Shown one piece after another: positions 1 through 11,927 of a stretch of 64,000 nucleotides of DNA. A program made the translations under genes and the position numbers. This stretch comes from Azolla caroliniana (Eukaryota; Plantae; Polypodiophyta), in NCBI GenBank assembly GCA_043228905.1, contig JBHGNT010000128.1, forward strand, positions 7,829 to 71,828, read 5' to 3'. Every line of letters begins with the position of its first letter. The first letter of the stretch is position 1. The notes beneath the pieces are model-generated. The model was not told the origin of the DNA. It saw only the letters and a list, made by a program, of their open reading frames with translations, and searched no databases.

Positions 1-1358
1 ATATGCATGTCCATTTACATTTGAACATGCAAAAGATATAAGGACGTGTCGAAAGCACTCAAGTATAGAAGAATGGAGATCCTTCAAAAAGGAATAATTC
101 CCTCTATTGTGGAGAGCATCAAGATTAGCATTAGACAATAATGCAAGTCAAAGAAAACAATATTGAGGCAAGAACGCTTGGAGCATTTGTATTGTCTGGG
201 TAGTATAACTTGAAAAATCGTCGATGATTATTGATTACCAATTAATAATGAATTAACACAAGAGCATTTGGCAAGTATGGGCAAAAAACTTGGCTAATTA
301 AAGACTAAAGATGAGTATATAATAATAATCTTGGAAGAATTAAGCATGGAGAATGAGTTAATAAGAGGATATGTTATAAAAGCATGGTGTTTTCATTCAA
401 AATAAAAGGCTAGTTTATATAAGAATATTCATTAATAAGAAAGATTAATTAAACACAAATAATGAATTAATTATTGACTAAGATGTTTACTTGAAATGCA
501 CAATTGAGAGTAACTACTTTCAAGCATGACATTCGACACATGATAATATTTGTTTGTCCTTCGGAGCTTCTTATGTCTTCACGTTTTTTTTCTTTGTTGT
601 AATAAAAAAAGCCTACTTGAGATCCATAAAGAGCAACATATAATAGGAAGTAGAACCATCACAAACAAATACAATTACACCCAAAATCAAACAAAAGAAA
701 TGAAAGTAAACCCTAAATGAAACAGAATTGAGCTTGTGGCCATGTTTGGAATGTCAAAAGCAATCTACTACTTGATTAGGAGGCAAAGGTGATTTCATGC
801 AAGTTATTTTAGATACAAACCAAGACTACAACATAAGGATTGCACAATACACCAAAAAAAATTATGTGAAAAATATTTTTAAGGGGGATAGAAAACCACG
901 AAACAAATTCTAGAAACGAATCACAATCAGTAAATAAAATGGAGTGCATCAATGTCCTTGTCTATATAAAACTCAAATGTTATATAAAATGAATAAATTT
1001 TCCTCTAATTCTTAAAGCCAACAAAGTAAAAGGTACCACAAAAAACGCATTCCATGCAACTCCTAATAATGGTGTATCGTGACCAGGAAAGATACAGGAC
1101 ATGAGAACGTAATAGTTTATGTGTTAGAGTACATTGTGTGATTGATTTAATGTTAAAACAATGTGGCTTTTATGAATAGACTTGTAGGCATCATGATATG
1201 CATAAAGAGGTGCAAAGTGTCATTCAATCATCTATCAGTGTGTTACGTTGATTACATGCCTATATATCAGCAGATTTTGCCTCCACTCAGATATTGTTGG
1301 CCGAGGGGTTCTATTAGTCGTATACCCTAATAGTAGTGAACCGTGCAAGAGTTGTTGC

Positions 1359-1710
1359 CAATCGCGCTCGAGTTGTTAGCCATGCAAATCCTAGCCTCAT
1401 GAACCCTCACTCTCAACTAACTACGACAAACCTAATTAAGAAGTTAGCCTAAACCTTAAGCAAGCTTAAATATTAAGTAAGTACACATACATCTGAAGTC
1501 ACAAAATGACACAATAGTACTCAACCTAACTTGACAATCACGCTCGAGTTGTTAGCCATGCAAACCCTAGCCTCATGAACCCTCACTCTCACCTAACTAC
1601 GACAAACCTAATTAAGAAGTTAACCTAAACCTTAAGCAAACTTAAATATTAAGTAAGTACACACACATCTAAAGTCACAAAATGACACAATAGTACTCAA
1701 CCTAACTTGA
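1359..1710. repeat. Tandem duplication, 2 x 176 bp
   Basis: caatc(g/a)cgctcgagttgttagcc...caacctaacttga occurs at 1359 and 1535; it is single-copy in the paralog near 44920. Confidence 0.9.
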
Positions 1711-3516
1711 TTAAGAAGGGAAGTCACACACCAGAAACAAAAGAGGCGTGATTAACGTTCAACTAATTAGCACTTAATGTTAATCAGACAATTCACAAAG
1801 CGAAGGTTGTCAAGGTTGGAGAAGAAGGGGCAATTGTTGAAGAGGGTGTTAGAAGATGGGAAGTGATGCATTGAAGGTAGTGATGGGTTAATTGTTGTGG
1901 GGGGAAGGGGATGGATGGATGGAGTGAGGAGGTTGGTGTTTGTGATCGAGCAACCGTGAGCACTAGAGGTGTTGTATGTTGAGGTAGGGGAGAATAGTGA
2001 GAGTTTGGTTAAATGTGCGTTGATCATGGAGGATTTCATCACCTCAAAGTCTTGTTTGAAGGATGAGGAAAGATTGAGCATGTGGTGCTTAATACAATGT
2101 TTATTAAGGTTGAAAGTGAGGCTCCAACTAGGTTAGTCATAAGTGCGGAGGTGTTGAGGGTCAAATGGAGAGGCAAAGTGAAGGCAACACCAAGAACTGA
2201 GAGGTTGTATGGGTGTCTAGGTCGGGATCCCAATGAGAATGTTGATGAGCTCCATCTTGACTCAAATCATCCGAAATGATTTGTTGATGGTAGCACAAGT
2301 GTGATGAAAGTGGATGGAGTGCAACATTATTGAGTGAAGGTGATTGGGCAACCAACACTCACTTAGGGGGTGAAGATAGTGAACAAAGATCTTACATATG
2401 TGTGATTTGGTATTTGCAAACCATAGTTGGTTAGGTGGGGGTTAAACGTATTGTTCAAATAGTGTAGTCATCTAGGGCGTCACTCACTTCCCATCTTACC
2501 CATTTCCAATGAACCCTGATCTCACGTTGTGCATTAGTTCTTTTAGAGTCTCACATGGAACTTTGCTCGATTTTGTAGTGGTGTTCATTGCATATTTAGC
2601 CATACAACTCCATTTTAGTCCTTTCCCATCTTCTCTCCTCTTGAATCTCTCCCTCCACTTTTGTTCTTACTAATCATCCTACTTGTCAAAAAATGAAGGC
2701 TTGGATATTTAATTATAGTGGCACATAATGAGGTGCCAACTTGTAACTTGTATGTCCCCGACAATTTGCCTTTTCATTCACTTTTAAATGTCTCTTCACC
2801 CCCACCCCTTCACATTTGGTTTTGCAATATAGTGCTTTGGCCTTCTATCATGGGTTGCACCTTTGTCCACTTGTGGGCCTTAGTTAGTTACTTCCTAGAA
2901 GCCACTTGAGAGCTTTTTTTGGGGAACCATTGCACCTTTGACATTCTGGCCAAACCAAAATGTTTCTATATGTTTTGTAGGTTAGAGGTTGCCACTTTAG
3001 CTCATTGTAATTTGTTATAAATTATAGTTGGTGTTATAGATTGTGCGAGTTCAAGGTCAGATCTTAGGACCGGGGTCAATAGTTTGTTTGATATGGTCGT
3101 TTGAAGTCTCAACTAAGCTTTCCATTGAAGATCATTGATGGTCGAAATTGCATGGTCCCTTGACGCAATCATGCACCTACTCTCATGACAACAAATTTGT
3201 CCCAAAAGACATTATTGCTTTGAGACTTCCGCAAGCAATAACTATAGATGAACAATGGTTTGTCTTGTAGGCATTTTTACTAGGTAGAAAGAAAAACATG
3301 AGGCAATATGTTGGCTTCCACAAGTAGCAACTGTACACGAATAACGGTTTGTCCTATGGCCATTTTTATTAGGAGGGAGAAGAAAAACATGAGGCAATAT
3401 GTCTAATGTCAAAGGGAAAGTAAGGTTTCTAATATTAGCTAGTTGCGGTATATTTTTAACAAACTTTTGTTGGTAAAGTTGGGGAGGTCTTGTTTACATG
3501 CACTTGCTTTTGTGAC

Positions 3517-4500
3517 CTATGCTATTATATAGGGACCTTCTCCCACAAGTTTGAGTTTCTCCTTATGACACTTCGAGGAGAACACAAGGGTTATGTACCT
3601 TTCCTCTAACTTAGTCTTTGTCCTTGATCTTGTTATTGAACTAGACTTTACTTCTTGGATGACTATTTGTAGATTAGATATGACGAACTCCATTGGCACA
3701 ATGGTGTCTTGCTCATAGACTAGCCAAAATGGTGTGTCATGTGCCTACTTGATAGGAAGTTCAAAAACAAAATAGTGCCACATGTATCTATTGGCTATAA
3801 TATGATCTTGATAATGATGACTATTTTTGTAAGGACACTAAAAAATATATTCTCAGAGCTATCTCTCCACTTGGCCATGACATCTATGGTGGTAGGGGGA
3901 GCTCATTCAATGCTTGCTTAAGGCGAATGATGACATCATTAAGGTGATGAGAACATCCATCGCTTCCAAACCTCTAGATCACATTCACATTCTCATATAG
4001 GAATTTGGTTCGACAATATTACAAGCACAGTGTGGTGGGATCTACCCTTCAATCTTGCTAAGTGCACAAATTTGTTCAAGGAATCAATTCCATGCTTACA
4101 ACATTTGCTGGTGCTAGGGTGTCGAGGATAACCTTAACCTTGTATGGTTGCGTTTCGTGAAGTTTTGGCAAAGGAGCCATCTAGTTCAAATAATTAAAGT
4201 ACGTTCAAGTGAGTTGTGTTTCTATATATTTTTCTTGATGTAATACCATTAGGTTCAAATATTCGTCAATTGCACTGAACACCATTAAATTGCCAAGAAA
4301 TATTGCAAAATTTTTAGAAACAAGTCCAAGTCATTGTCCTACTATTGGCAATTCTTTGTGGGACAAACAAATCCCGTTCCTTAATCATGTATGGGAATCG
4401 CATGAGTGGCACATCTGGTTGCTGTCTAGGGAGTGCAAAGGTATCTGGTTGTACGTGCATAATGCATCGGTGTTCCCTTCTCATGCTATTGTACAACTCT
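3517..4500 (-). pseudogene. Decayed Ty3/Gypsy pol remnant (integrase core and GPY/F module)
   Basis: Minus-strand fragments SSPYHHRCHGQVER, TPFWLVYEQDTIVPMEFVISNL and KLKLVGEGPYII resemble Gypsy integrase motifs; many stops and frameshifts. Confidence 0.65.
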
Positions 4501-4868
4501 TGTAACCATCACCATCAATGTCTAGTTGATACGTTAGAACCTTGGTCTCCAATAACTGTATTTAGCATACATATGTATAAAAAGGAAAATCGAGGTGAGT
4601 TGGGTGTGTATGAGGTGTGATATTTCTATATACATATAGATAGGAACCAAGATCCAAGAAGTGAAGTGGCTAAGTACCGAGCGAGGTTGATAGATTGTAC
4701 ACGCACGCACTCACCCACCCACAAATAATAATGGGGTATTATAGATTGATTGTGTACAAGAGGAGGGAATGGGATGGTTGGTTAGTAGGAAGGAGTGTGC
4801 GTGTCGTCATAGTGAGAAATTAGAATAAATACAAGAAACACAGCATTGTGAAAGATTCGATTCGAATT

Positions 4869-4909
4869 ATCCCACATAGAGAGGCGACATAGTGAGTTGT
4901 CTATAAAAA
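4869..4909 (+). promoter_or_regulatory. snRNA promoter of solo U1: USE + TATA
   Basis: ATCCCACATAG (plant USE consensus RTCCCACATCG) at 4869-4879, TATAAAAA at 4902, 22-bp gap. Confidence 0.9.
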
Positions 4910-4933
4910 GAAGGCGCTTAGGAGAGGTAGAAC

Positions 4934-5097
4934 ATACTTACCTGGGCGGGGTCGATCGGTGATCAGCAAGGCCGATGGCTTAGGGCCGGCGCCTCCATTG
5001 CACGATCGGAGGGGCTGTTCGCCCTAGCATCTCCCCAAGCGGGAGAGTGCACGTCATAATTTGTGGCAGCGGGGGCTCGCGTTCGCGCGGCCCCCTT
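4934..5097 (+). ncRNA. U1: U1 snRNA (solo type)
   Basis: ATACTTACCTGG 5' end, GATCAGCAAG loop I, ATTGCAC loop II, Sm site AATTTGTG, terminal TTCG stem-loop. Confidence 0.97.
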
Positions 5098-5989
5098 TCT
5101 CAATTCAAATTAATGTAACACAGCAATACCAGACATACTCTATCATAAGAATAGTTGGTCGATCAAACCATCTCTACTATATTTCTGGAAAGCAAACCTG
5201 TTTTTATGGTGCATGGCTTCATTATAATCCGCCTCCTATCCTATCGTGCTCATTGAATCTCTGCAAAAGCATTTACAGTATGCGGTCAATTAGCCATATA
5301 GAAATATTTTTATTAAAACCTGTAAGCCATGATTTCACTAAATCACTGTTCTCAATGCGGAATGCTATATAACAAGTGTGGGATTTCAAGTCTAGTTCTC
5401 ACTTTTGCCGTGTGAGCCACGAGCAGGAAATGGTATGAAATAGTAGAGGCATGAGCCAAGGTTGTCAGATCTAATATATATGAGTCACTAGTCTACTTTC
5501 CTCTGATGTATGGCTGGCGTCTTCTCCTTAACTCCGAACGTGGTTCAAATCTGTGTCTTAAAGCGTCCAATAATGTCCAAGAAAAACGGATCCTCTACGG
5601 TATGTAATAAGAACTATCAATAATAGCAAAAATTGCGTTTTGTTACCTCTTGTGAGCCAGGAATGGAATGAAGTCGAAGAGGTATGTGCCAATTCGGTCA
5701 GATGCATAAATCTGTTGGCCCAAGCGTATATCCTGGTTCCATGTGCACATCTATTGAACGGTTTGTTGTTTGTATGCCATAAATTATTAGTCGCATTTTC
5801 GATTTAAATTGAAGAGTGCGCATTATACGATTCTACGTCACGACGCGCATGGTTCTACGATTCTACGAATGGACGTTCACCGGGCGTTGAAAGCCTTCCG
5901 TTCTAGTACCTAAAGAAATGTGGGAAAAGATAGATGCATTTATCTAGAACGTTCATCCGCGTGACATCGTCCTTTAGATTATCATTAGA

Positions 5990-6108
5990 AGCGGGACGCG
6001 CCTATGGAACATCTCCCTTCATTTTTATTATCATTGTAGAATGAGGGCGCGCCTATGTAACACCTTCCTTCATTTTTATTATCATTGTAGAATGAGGGCG
6101 CGCCTATG
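5990..6108 (-). repeat. 51-bp tandem repeat of the U2 3' end plus downstream flank (present in every array unit)
   Basis: cgcgcctatg...cttcatttttattatcattgtagaatgagg recurs near 5997, 6048 and 6099. Confidence 0.85.
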
Positions 6109-6299
6109 TGACCTCAACATCAGTGCAAGGCTGAGGCGACGCACGCAACTCCCAAATGCAGCAAGCTGCCTTGAGCGAGAGCTGCCCCCATGAAAGAAAT
6201 TAGGTTAATATCGTGCGGCCTGATAGGCCGCGTATCAGATATTAAACTGATAAGAACAGATACTACACTTGATCTTAGCCAAAAGGCCGAGAAAGGTAT
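6096..6299 (-). ncRNA. U2: U2 snRNA
   Basis: Reverse complement reads ATACCTTTCTCGGCCTTTTGGCTAAGATCAAGTGTAGTATCTGTTCTTATCAGTTTAATATCTGATA, with branch-point pairing GTAGTA and loop IV TTGCAC. Confidence 0.97.
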
Positions 6300-6325
6300 G
6301 AGTTCTCTTGAAGAACCGATTTGCT

Positions 6326-6365
6326 TCTTATAGGCTGCACCCTAACATGCCTCACCATGTGGGAT
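6326..6365 (-). promoter_or_regulatory. snRNA promoter of array U2 (repeats in each unit)
   Basis: Minus-strand ATCCCACATGG at 6365-6355, TATAAG starting 6332, 22-bp gap. Confidence 0.88.
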
Positions 6366-8375
6366 ATACGTTATATAATCATCTCAACATTTAAAGCAAA
6401 CTTTTGTCCTCTCATTGCATCGAAACCACCTTGGCCGATCGTGGGGACCACATTTGTTGTTGTTTGGTTGTAGCCACCCTATTATCCATCCCTATACCAA
6501 GTCGGGATATACATACTCTCCCATCGCCAAGTGCACCTTATAGGTGCGATTCGTTATTGGTGGTTATAAGCCCCCATATCTGAACCAAACGAACGTTCAC
6601 GAAATCGTGTGAGCTTCCCGAATCGAGCGAGAATTGTAATGGAGATCCACCCGTCTGCACGTAGTAAATCATTAGGCCCCACTGCATGTCGAGGGAAAGA
6701 GAATTTACAATTACTTGAACGACCGGCGCGCGTAAACCTCAAGGAAATATGTTCCGCATCGTTGCATCTAGGTAACTACGTTTTCACGTTACCCAACCTC
6801 GAGTCTCGTCATGACAATGGCACACACTAATGAGCAACCTAATGGCCACGCCGACACGCGCCCTCTTCTCCGCATTGAAGCTAGTGTGGCCCGTCACATG
6901 GTTATCTCATGACCAATGCGTTTCACAATGATGGTCTCGTGACGCCCCCCTAATCAAGTAACGAACGCGGGAGACTCGATGCGGGATTCGTAAGGGCGAC
7001 CCAATGAGAAGTGGGTCTAACCCTAATTCCCCTTAAATGGGCGGGGAATGGGCAAGACACCATGATCCAAGGCAACATACACCGACCGTGGCCATGCTTT
7101 GCGCAATTTTTACATATGGCACAATCGGGGCGACCGAGGGTAGTAGCACTAATTTCGTTAAATAAGGATGGTCACCGCACCTTCCCCACAGAAATGCGAG
7201 GGTGGGCACCGCGACCCTAAACCCCGAAACACACACCATCATGCATATGATACCGATATCGTATAACAAATTCTGAACATGCACACTACATGTCTAGGAC
7301 ATGTATAACATCGCATAGGCATACACGCGATCCCATCCATATGCATACATAAACGGATCTTAAACAAAGACGCAATCCAATGACGATGCAATCGAGACGC
7401 GTAATAAACGCCTTTGGGCTCTACGGACACTCGGCGACCGGAGGGGTATATGAAACATGAGGTTTGAGGCATTGACCTGATACACGCATGAGACAACATC
7501 TCCTATCAAACATGTACTATATGGATTTCGAATAACGGAGTAGATAGTGTAATGCGTAATGTAGGCGTAAACCTCACAAGCAATACATTTAACACGCATA
7601 CGATTTATACGACGCATAAAGTATGGCCAAGGCAACATGATCTAACGATCTATACGTTAAAATAATGGCTTCAACATGTACACGCAAGGGAGAAGAAATA
7701 ATGTAGAAGACGATAAAGCACATGATTCAGAAGAACAACCCTGATGTAGCTCAAGGGTTGCGTTGTTGCTATTTCCGTGCTTCGTCTTATGTTTCCTCCG
7801 GGCTTGCAACGCACGACTTGAAGTTCTTGCTCCCGACGTTCCGAACTTTTAGAAAGCGTTGTATCTCCTCCTCATATCTGCGCAATTTGTGCGCTTGGGA
7901 GACGGGAAGTGATTCTCAAAATTGACTGATGTGAGACATGCGCCTCATCCTCCTCACGTTCTTCGGCTGTCGACGGGGATTGCACAAGCGACGCACGCGT
8001 GGATTCACGTCTCGGCCAGTGCTCAAGGATTGTGCGAGCGTGTTGGTTGTACATGGACATCGCATCGGTGTTTCCCTCCTTTGTTATTCTACAGCTTCGG
8101 CAACCCATGGCCATTGACGCACGGTTCTACGTCACGACGCGCATGGTTTCTCTCTAGCCGCTGTACTTAAATTAATTACGAGAAGGAGAAGGTAGGCGAG
8201 GTTGGAGCGTGTGATGTGCGATCTATAGATATGAACGGAAACGTGAAGGGGCTAAACATGGACGAGGTTAAAGTGAACCACCAATAGTGAGTGGGTAGAT
8301 TGACGTGAGAGGATGGTGGCGCGATGACGGTTGTGCGTGCGTGTCATGGTGAATACACAGACGCAAGATAAGAAC

Positions 8376-8415
8376 GTCCCACATAGAGAGGATGCAGAGC
8401 AAGGGGGCTATAAAA
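8376..8415 (+). promoter_or_regulatory. snRNA promoter of array U1 (repeats in each unit)
   Basis: GTCCCACATAG at 8376-8386, TATAAAA at 8409, 22-bp gap. Confidence 0.9.
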
Positions 8416-8440
8416 CGAGAGCGTTGCGCTAAGCCAAAAC

Positions 8441-8604
8441 ATACTTACCTGGGCGGGGTCAATCGGTGATCAAGAAGGCCGATGGCTTAGGGCCGGTGCC
8501 TCCATTGCACCACCGGAGGGACTGCTTGCCCTAGCATCTCCCCAAGCGGGAGAGTGCACGTCATAATTTGTGACAGCAGGGGCTCGCGTTCGCGCGGCCC
8601 CCAT
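8441..8604 (+). ncRNA. U1: U1 snRNA (array type)
   Basis: ATACTTACCTGG, GATCAAGAAG loop I, ATTGCAC, Sm site AATTTGTG, 3' stem-loop. Confidence 0.97.
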
Positions 8605-9418
8605 CTCAATCCAGTGATATCAAGTCGTCCACGTTTGGCGGAAGCATTGGTCGCTCATGGCGGATTCGTCTCAAATGATGCGCTTATGCTTGATCGTCAA
8701 GTTGGCCATGTTTGGCGGAAGCGTCGGTTGCGCTAAGGGTCCCTCGGCATTTTGCTTGGCGGAAGCATCTTATTTTTTGGTGGCTTCCCTCGGCCATGCA
8801 TATTATGCAAAATGATTTGGCGGAAGCACAATATGGTTTCGGACACCAACACAACACCGATTTCCACTACCCTGAGAAACGAGAGGAGTATAAAGAACCA
8901 TCGAGCGGGGATATACACGTATAGGATATACACGTGTCATAGGCCGGAGGTGGCACATGGCGTGCCCATGGTAAGAGTGAAGAGAATTCTGAGTGGATAC
9001 ACGCGACGAGCTGCACATGCGTCGATGTAAAATCTAGTTCACTTCTCTGCCTTGGACCATGAGAGACCACATACGTACGCCTAACGACCATAGGCGGACG
9101 CCCGCCGCATCCTCCATTTATCTTCTCTCCCATTCCAATAGTTCTTCTTTATAGCCCGGGCATCGGTTTGGCTCGTCTCTCTGCTCGATTCATGGACGTT
9201 CACCGCGCGTTGAAAGCCTTCCGTTCTAGTACCTAAAGAAATGTGGGAAAAGATAGATGCATTTATCTAGAACGTTCATCCGCGTGACATCGTCCTTTAG
9301 ATTATCATTAGAAGCGGGACGCGCCTATGGAACATCTCCCTTCATTTTTATTATCATTGTAGAATGAGGGCGCGCCTATGTAACACCTTCCTTCATTTTT
9401 ATTATCATTGTAGAATGA

Positions 9419-9622
9419 GGGCGCGCCTATGTGACCTCAACATCAGTGCAAGGCTGAGGCGACGCACGCAACTCCCAAATGCAGCAAGCTGCCTTGAGCG
9501 AGAGCTGCCCCCATGAAAGAAATTAGGTTAATATCGTGCGGCCTGATAGGCCGCGTATCAGATATTAAACTGATAAGAACAGATACTACACTTGATCTTA
9601 GCCAAAAGGCCGAGAAAGGTAT
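9419..9622 (-). ncRNA. U2: U2 snRNA
   Basis: Same sequence as 6096-6299, offset 3323. Confidence 0.97.
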
Positions 9623-11763
9623 GAGTTCTCTTGAAGAACCGATTTGCTTCTTATAGGCTGCACCCTAACATGCCTCACCATGTGGGATATACGTTATATA
9701 ATCATCTCAACATTTAAAGCAAACTTTTGTCCTCTCATTGCATCGAAACCACCTTGGCCGATCGTGGGGACCACATTTGTTGTTGTTTGGTTGTAGCCAC
9801 CCTATTATCCATCCCTATACCAAGTCGGGATATACATACTCTCCCATCGCCAAGTGCACCTTATAGGTGCGATTCGTTATTGGTGGTTATAAGCCCCCAT
9901 ATCTGAACCAAACGAACGTTCACGAAATCGTGTGAGCTTCCCGAATCGAGCGAGAATTGTAATGGAGATCCACCCGTCTGCACGTAGTAAATCATTAGGC
10001 CCCACTGCATGTCGAGGGAAAGAGAATTTACAATTACTTGAACGACCGGCGCGCGTAAACCTCAAGGAAATATGTTCCGCATCGTTGCATCTAGGTAACT
10101 ACGTTTTCACGTTACCCAACCTCGAGTCTCGTCATGACAATGGCACACACTAATGAGCAACCTAATGGCCACGCCGACACGCGCCCTCTTCTCCGCATTG
10201 AAGCTAGTGTGGCCCGTCACATGGTTATCTCATGACCAATGCGTTTCACAATGATGGTCTCGTGACGCCCCCCTAATCAAGTAACGAACGCGGGAGACTC
10301 GATGCGGGATTCGTAAGGGCGACCCAATGAGAAGTGGGTCTAACCCTAATTCCCCTTAAATGGGCGGGGAATGGGCAAGACACCATGATCCAAGGCAACA
10401 TACACCGACCGTGGCCATGCTTTGCGCAATTTTTACATATGGCACAATCGGGGCGACCGAGGGTAGTAGCACTAATTTCGTTAAATAAGGATGGTCACCG
10501 CACCTTCCCCACAGAAATGCGAGGGTGGGCACCGCGACCCTAAACCCCGAAACACGCACCATCATGCATATGATACCGATATCGTATAACAAATTCTGAA
10601 CATGCACACTACATGTCTAGGACATGTATAACATCGCATAGGCATACACGCGATCCCATCCATATGCATACATAAACGGATCTTAAACAAAGACGCAATC
10701 CAATGACGATGCAATCGAGACGCGTAATAAACGCCTTTGGGCTCTACGGACACTCGGCGACCGGAGGGGTATATGAAACATGAGGTTTGAGGCATTGACC
10801 TGATACACGCATGAGACAACATCTCCTATCAAACATGTACTATATGGATTTCGAATAACGGAGTAGATAGTGTAATGCGTAATGTAGGCGTAAACCTCAC
10901 AAGCAATACATTTAACACGCATACGATTTATACGACGCATAAAGTATGGCCAAGGCAACATGATCTAACGATCTATACGTTAAAATAATGGCTTCAACAT
11001 GTACACGCAAGGGAGAAGAAATAATGTAGAAGACGATAAAGCACATGATTCAGAAGAACAACCCTGATGTAGCTCAAGGGTTGCGTTGTTGCTATTTCCG
11101 TGCTTCGTCTTATGTTTCCTCCGGGCTTGCAACGCACGACTTGAAGTTCTTGCTCCCGACGTTCCGAACTTTTAGAAAGCGTTGTATCTCCTCCTCATAT
11201 CTGCGCAATTTGTGCGCTTGGGAGACGGGAAGTGATTCTCAAAATTGACTGATGTGAGACATGCGCCTCATCCTCCTCACGTTCTTCGGCTGTCGACGGG
11301 GATTGCACAAGCGACGCACGCGTGGATTCACGTCTCGGCCAGTGCTCAAGGATTGTGCGAGCGTGTTGGTTGTACATGGACATCGCATCGGTGTTTCCCT
11401 CCTTTGTTATTCTACAGCTTCGGCAACCCATGGCCATTGACGCACGGTTCTACGTCACGACGCGCATGGTTTCTCTCTAGCCGCTGTACTTAAATTAATT
11501 ACGAGAAGGAGAAGGTAGGCGAGGTTGGAGCGTGTGATGTGCGATCTATAGATATGAACGGAAACGTGAAGGGGCTAAACATGGACGAGGTTAAAGTGAA
11601 CCACCAATAGTGAGTGGGTAGATTGACGTGAGAGGATGGTGGCGCGATGACGGTTGTGCGTGCGTGTCATGGTGAATACACAGACGCAAGATAAGAACGT
11701 CCCACATAGAGAGGATGCAGAGCAAGGGGGCTATAAAACGAGAGCGTTGCGCTAAGCCAAAAC

Positions 11764-11927
11764 ATACTTACCTGGGCGGGGTCAATCGGTGATCAAGAAG
11801 GCCGATGGCTTAGGGCCGGTGCCTCCATTGCACCACCGGAGGGACTGCTTGCCCTAGCATCTCCCCAAGCGGGAGAGTGCACGTCATAATTTGTGACAGC
11901 AGGGGCTCGCGTTCGCGCGGCCCCCAT
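11764..11927 (+). ncRNA. U1: U1 snRNA (array type)
   Basis: Same sequence as 8441-8604. Confidence 0.97.

Larger units (their letters stand above)
1..5854. repeat. Segmental duplication, copy 1 (paralog of 43565-50190)
   Basis: Position 1 (atatgcatgtccatttacat) aligns to 43565 and stays collinear, with a few indels, up to the array junction. Both copies carry the same decayed ORFs and a solo U1. Confidence 0.95.

Noticed and set aside
1767-2900. Short ORFs or a possible gag relic in the left flank
   Set aside because: Too degenerate to assign; the ORFs are not preserved intact in the paralog at 45-46 kb.
6366-8375. Hidden 5S rRNA, U5, U6 or tRNA in the 2-kb spacer
   Set aside because: No diagnostic motifs found by eye (U5 GCCTTTTAC loop, U6 ACAGAGA box in context, 5S or tRNA boxes); a cmscan would be decisive.
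8634-8827. CRISPR-like repeat-spacer pattern
   Set aside because: Repeat is only 11 bp, spacing is irregular, context is eukaryotic and there are no cas genes.
6554-9133. Many 60-92 aa ORFs recurring in each array unit
   Set aside because: Overlapping on both strands, no domains, some overlap snRNA genes; they recur only because the DNA is repeated.
9239-9249. USE-like TTCCCACATTT on the minus strand, suggesting a third gene in the unit
   Set aside because: No TATA at the 22-bp spacing (the nearest is about 85 bp away) and no recognisable RNA downstream.
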